DNA from: Eledone cirrhosa
Taxonomy: Eukaryota
Assembly (NCBI GenBank): GCA_964016885.1
Contig: OZ024742.1
Location: 13,020,001-13,084,000, forward strand
DNA: 64,000 bases
Direction of reading: 5' to 3'
The notes beneath the pieces are model-generated. The model did no database searches. It was not told the origin of the DNA and was given only the letters and a program-made list of their open reading frames with translations. This document shows positions 59,001 through 64,000 of this stretch, one piece after another. The stretch's first letter is position 1. The number at the start of each line of letters is the position of its first letter. The position numbers and the translations under genes were made by a program.

Positions 59001-62000
59001 CGTAAGTCTAACACCCTTACCACTAGGCCTCACAACACCTCCACAGCACACAACCCAGGAATCAAACCCACGATATTATGATCGTAAGTCGAACACCCTT
59101 ACCACTAGGCCATACCACACCTCCACAACACACAACACAGGAATCAAACCCACGACATTATGATCGTAAGTCGAACACCCTTACCACTAGGCCACACCAC
59201 ACCTCCACAACACACAACACAGGAATCAAACCCACGATATTATGATCGTAAGTCCAACACCCTTACCACTAGGCCCCACCACACCTCCACAACACACAAC
59301 CCATGAATCAAACCCACGACATTATGATCGTAAGTCGAACACCCTTACCACTAGGCCACACCACACCTCCACAACACACAACCCAGGAATCAAACCCACG
59401 ACATTATGATCGTAAGTCGAACACCCTTACCACTAGGCCATACCACACCTCCACAACACACAACACAGGAATCAAACCCACGACATTATGATCGTAAGTC
59501 GAACACCCTTACCACTAGGCCACACCACACCTCCACAACACACAACCCAGGAATCAAATCCACGATATTATGATCGTAAGTCTAACACCCTTACCACTAG
59601 GCCTCACAACACCTCCACAACACACAACCCAGGAATCAAACCCACGATATTATGATCGTAAGTCGAACACCCTTACCACTAGGCCATACCACACCTCCAC
59701 AACACACAACACAGGAATCAAACCCACGATATTATGATCGGAAGTCCAACACCCTTACCACTAGGCCCCACCACACCTCCACAACACACAACCCAGGAAT
59801 CAAACCCACGATATTATGATCGTAAGTCGAACACCCTTACCACTAGGCCATACCACACCTCCACAACCCAAACTAACCCAGCAATCAAACCCACGATATT
59901 ATGATCGTAAGTCTAACACCCTTACCACTAGGCCACACCACACCCCCACAACACACAACCCAGGAATCAAACCCACGACATTATGATCGTAAGTCGAACA
60001 ACCTTACCACTAGGCCATACCACACCTCCACAACACACAACCCAGGAATCAAACCCACGATATTATGATCGTAAGTCGAACACCCTTACCACTAGTCCCC
60101 ACCACACCTCCACAACACACAACCCAGGAATCAAACCCACGAATTTATGATCGTAAGTCCAACACCCTTACCACTAGGCCACACCACACCTCCACAACAC
60201 ACAACCCAGGAATCAAACCCACGACATTACGATCGTAAGTCGAACACCCTTACCACTAGGCCATACCACATCTCCACAACACACAACCCAGGAATCAAAC
60301 CCACGATATTATGATCGTAAGTCCAACACCCTTACCACTAGGCCCCACCACACCTCCACAACACAACACAACCCAGGAATCAAAACCACGATATTATGAT
60401 CGTAAGTCCAACACCCTTACCACTAGGTCACACCACACCTCCACAACACACAACCCAGGAATCAAACCCACGATATTATGATCGTAAGTCCAACACCCTT
60501 ACCACTAGGTCACACCGCACCTCCACAACACAACACAACCCAGGAATCAAACCCACGATATTATGATCGTAAGACCAACACCCTTACCACTAGGCCCCAC
60601 CACACCTCCACAACACACAACACAGGAATCAAACCCACGACATTATGATCGTAAGTCGAACACCCTTACCACTAGGCCACACCACACCTCCACAACACAA
60701 CACAATCCAGGAATCAAACCCACGATATTATGATCGTAAGTCCAACACCCTTACCACTAGGCCACACCACACCTCCACAACACAACACAACCCAGGAATC
60801 AAACCCACGATATTATGATCGTAAGTCCAACACCCTTAACACTACGCCATACCACACCTCCACATCACACAACCCACGAATCAAACCCACGACATTATGA
60901 TCGTAAGTCGAACACCCTTACCACTAGGCCACACCACACCTCCACAACACACAACCCAGGAATCAAACCCACGACATTATGATCGTAAGTCGAACACCCT
61001 TACCACTAGGCCATACCACACCTCCACAACACACAACCCAGGAATCAAACCCACGATATTATGATCGTAAGTCCAACTCCCTTACCACTAGGTCACACCA
61101 CACCTCCACAACACAACCCAGGAATCAAACCCACGATATTATGATCGTAAGTCCAACACCCTTACCACTAGGCCATACCACACCTCCACAACCCAACCTA
61201 ACCCAGGAATCAAACCCACGATATTATGATCGTAAGTCCAACACCCTTACCACTAGGCCCCACCACACCTCCACAACACACAATCCAGGAATGAAACCCA
61301 CAATATTATGATCGTAAGTCCAACACCCTTACAACTAGGCCCCACCACACCTCCACAACAGACAACCCAGGAATCAAACCCACGACATTAAGATCGTAAG
61401 TCGAACACCCTTAACACTAGGCCATACCACACCTCCACATCACACAACCCATGAATCAAACCCACGACATTATGATCGTAAGTCGAACACCCTTACCACT
61501 AGGCCACACCACACCTCCACAACACACAACCCAGGAATCAAACCCACGACATTATGATCGTAAGTCGAACACCCTTACCACTAGGCCATACCACACCTCC
61601 ACAACACACAACACAGGAATCAAACCCACGACATTATGATCGTAAGTCGAACACCCTTACCACTAGGCCACACCACACCTCCACAACACACAACCCAGGA
61701 ATCAAATCCACGATATTATGATCGTAAGTCTAACACCCTTACCACTAGGCCTCACAACACCTCCACAACACACAACCCAGGAATCAAACCCACGATATTA
61801 TGATCGTAAGTCGAACACCCTTACCACTAGGCCATACCACACCTCCACAACACACAACACAGGAATCAAACCCACGATATTATGATCGTAAGTCCAACAC
61901 CCTTACCACTAGGCCCCACCACACCTCCACAACACACAACCCAGGAATCAAACCCACGATATTATGATCGTAAGTCGAACACCCTTACCACTAGGCCATA

Positions 62001-64000
62001 CCACACCTCCACAACCCAGCCTAACCCAGCAATCAAACCCACGATATTATGATCGTAAGTCTAACACCCTTACCACTAGGTCACACCACACCCCCACAAC
62101 ACACAACCCAGGAATCAAACCCACGACATTATGATCGTAAGTCGAACACCCTTACCACTAGGCCATACCACACCTCCACAACACACAACCCAGGAATCAA
62201 ACCCACGATATTATGATCGTAAGTCGAACACCCTTACCACTAGGCCATACCACACCTCCACAACACACAACACAGGAATCAAACCCACGACATTATGATC
62301 GTAAGTCGAACACCCTTACCACTAGGCCACACCACACCTCCACAACACACAACCCAGGAATCAAATCCACGATATTATGATCGTAAGTCTAACACCCTTA
62401 CCACTAGGCCTCACAACACCTCCACAACACACAACCCAGGAATCAAACCCACGATATTATGATCGTAAGTCGAACACCCTTACCACTAGGCCATACCACA
62501 CCTCCACAACACACAACACAGGAATCAAACCCACGATATTATGATCGTAAGTCCAACACCCTTACCACTAGGCCCCACCACACCTCCACAACACACAACC
62601 CAGGAATCAAACCCACGATATTATGATCGTAAGTCGAACACCCTTACCACTAGGCCATACCACACCTCCACAACCCAACCTAACCCAGCAATCAAACCCA
62701 CGATATTATGATCGTAAGTCTAACACCCTTACCACTAGGCCACACCACACCCCCACAACACACAACCCAGGAATCAAACCCACGACATTATGATCGTAAG
62801 TCGAACACCCTTACCACTAGGCCATACCACACCTCCACAACCCAACCTAACCCAGGAATCAAACCCACGATATTATGATCGTAAGTCTAACACCCTTACC
62901 ACTAGGCCACACCGCACCACCACAACACACAACCCAGCAATCAAACCCACGATATTATGATCGTAAGTCCAACACCCTTACCACTAGGTCACACCGCACC
63001 TCCACAACACACAATCCAGGAATCAAACCCACGACATTATGATCGTAAGTCCAACACCCTTACCACTAGGTCACACGACACCTCCACAACACACAACCCA
63101 GGAATCAAACCCACGATATTATGATCGTAAGTCCAACACCCTTACCACTAGGCCATACCACACCTCCACATCACACAACCCAGGAATCAAACCCACGATA
63201 TTATGATCGTAAGTCCAACTCCCTTACCACTAGGCCACACCGCACCTCCACAACACAACACAACCCAGGAATCAAACCCACGATATTATGATCGTAAGAC
63301 CAACACCATTACCACTAGGCCACACCGCACCTCCACAACACAACACAACCCAGGAATCAAACCCACGATATTATGATCGTAAGTCCAACACCCTTACCAC
63401 TAGGTCACACCGCACCTCCACAACACACAACCAGGGAATCAAACCCACGATATTATGATCGTAAGACCAACACCCTTACCACTAGGCCACACCACACCTC
63501 CACAACACACAATCCAGGAATCAAACCCACGACATTATGATCGTAAGTCCAATACCCTTACCACTAGGCCCCACCACACCTCAACAACAGACAACCCAGG
63601 AATCAAACCCACGATAATATGATCGTAAGTCCTACACCCTTACCACTAGGCCATACCACACCTCCACAACCCAACCTAACCCAGGAATCAAACTCACGAT
63701 ATTATGATCGTAAGTCCAATACCCTTACCACTAGGCCCCACCACACCTCCACGATATTATGATCTTAAGTCCAACACCCTTACCACTAGGTCAAAACCAC
63801 ACCTCCACAACACACAACCCAGGAATCAAACCCACGATATTATGATCGTAAGACCAACACCCTTACCACTAGGCCCCACCGCACCACCACAACACACAAC
63901 CCAGGAATCAAACCCACGATATTATGATCGTAAGTCCAACTCCCTTACCACTAGGCCATACCACACCTCCACAACCCAACCTAACCCAGGAATCAAACCC
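35030..64000 (-). repeat. Tandem satellite of SINE tRNA-like heads, 82/87-bp unit, ~350 copies, runs off window
   Basis: Minus unit tgttgtggaggtgtggtgTGGCCTAGTGGtaagggtgttggacttacgatcataatatcgtgGGTTTGATTCCtgggttgtg, with A box and B-box-like motif; ORF starts 35538 and 35620 are 82 apart. Confidence 0.97.

Noticed and set aside
35039-61639. Repeated 62-196 aa ORFs (MNQTHDIMIV...)
   Set aside because: The 82-bp unit is not a multiple of 3; these are frame-cycling satellite artefacts
35030-64000. CRISPR array or functional tRNA gene cluster
   Set aside because: No unique spacers or cas genes; acceptor and anticodon stems do not pair, and the unit is continuous with a SINE body

Overview
Eukaryotic, repeat-only window with no recognisable host gene. 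The SINE sequences and dense (TA)n point to a cephalopod (octopus-like) genome; this is inference. 1-34.5 kb is a (TA)n/(TG)n microsatellite matrix packed with mobile elements. It holds more than a dozen short Penelope-like (PLE) terminal-repeat modules, mostly fold-backs, which carry at least ten distinct hammerhead-ribozyme (HHR) folds, several with non-canonical cores (UUGAAAA, CCGANGA, CCGUCGA). It also holds a 5'-truncated Naiad-type PLE (RT + GIY-YIG), two mariner relics, a tRNA SINE, three rearranged copies of an RTE-like non-autonomous retroposon, a Gypsy element (5' LTR, extended tRNA-Trp PBS, capsid-less gag-pol), an R4/Dong-type retrotransposon with a nested CR1-like LINE, and a Helitron 3' end. 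From ~35.0 kb to the window end is a >=29 kb tandem array (~350 units of 82/87 bp, with kb-scale higher-order repeats). Its unit is the tRNA-like Pol III promoter head of the SINE whose body is still attached at the left edge. Most ORFs in the supplied track are microsatellite or satellite artefacts. All RNA folds were inferred by eye, not computed.
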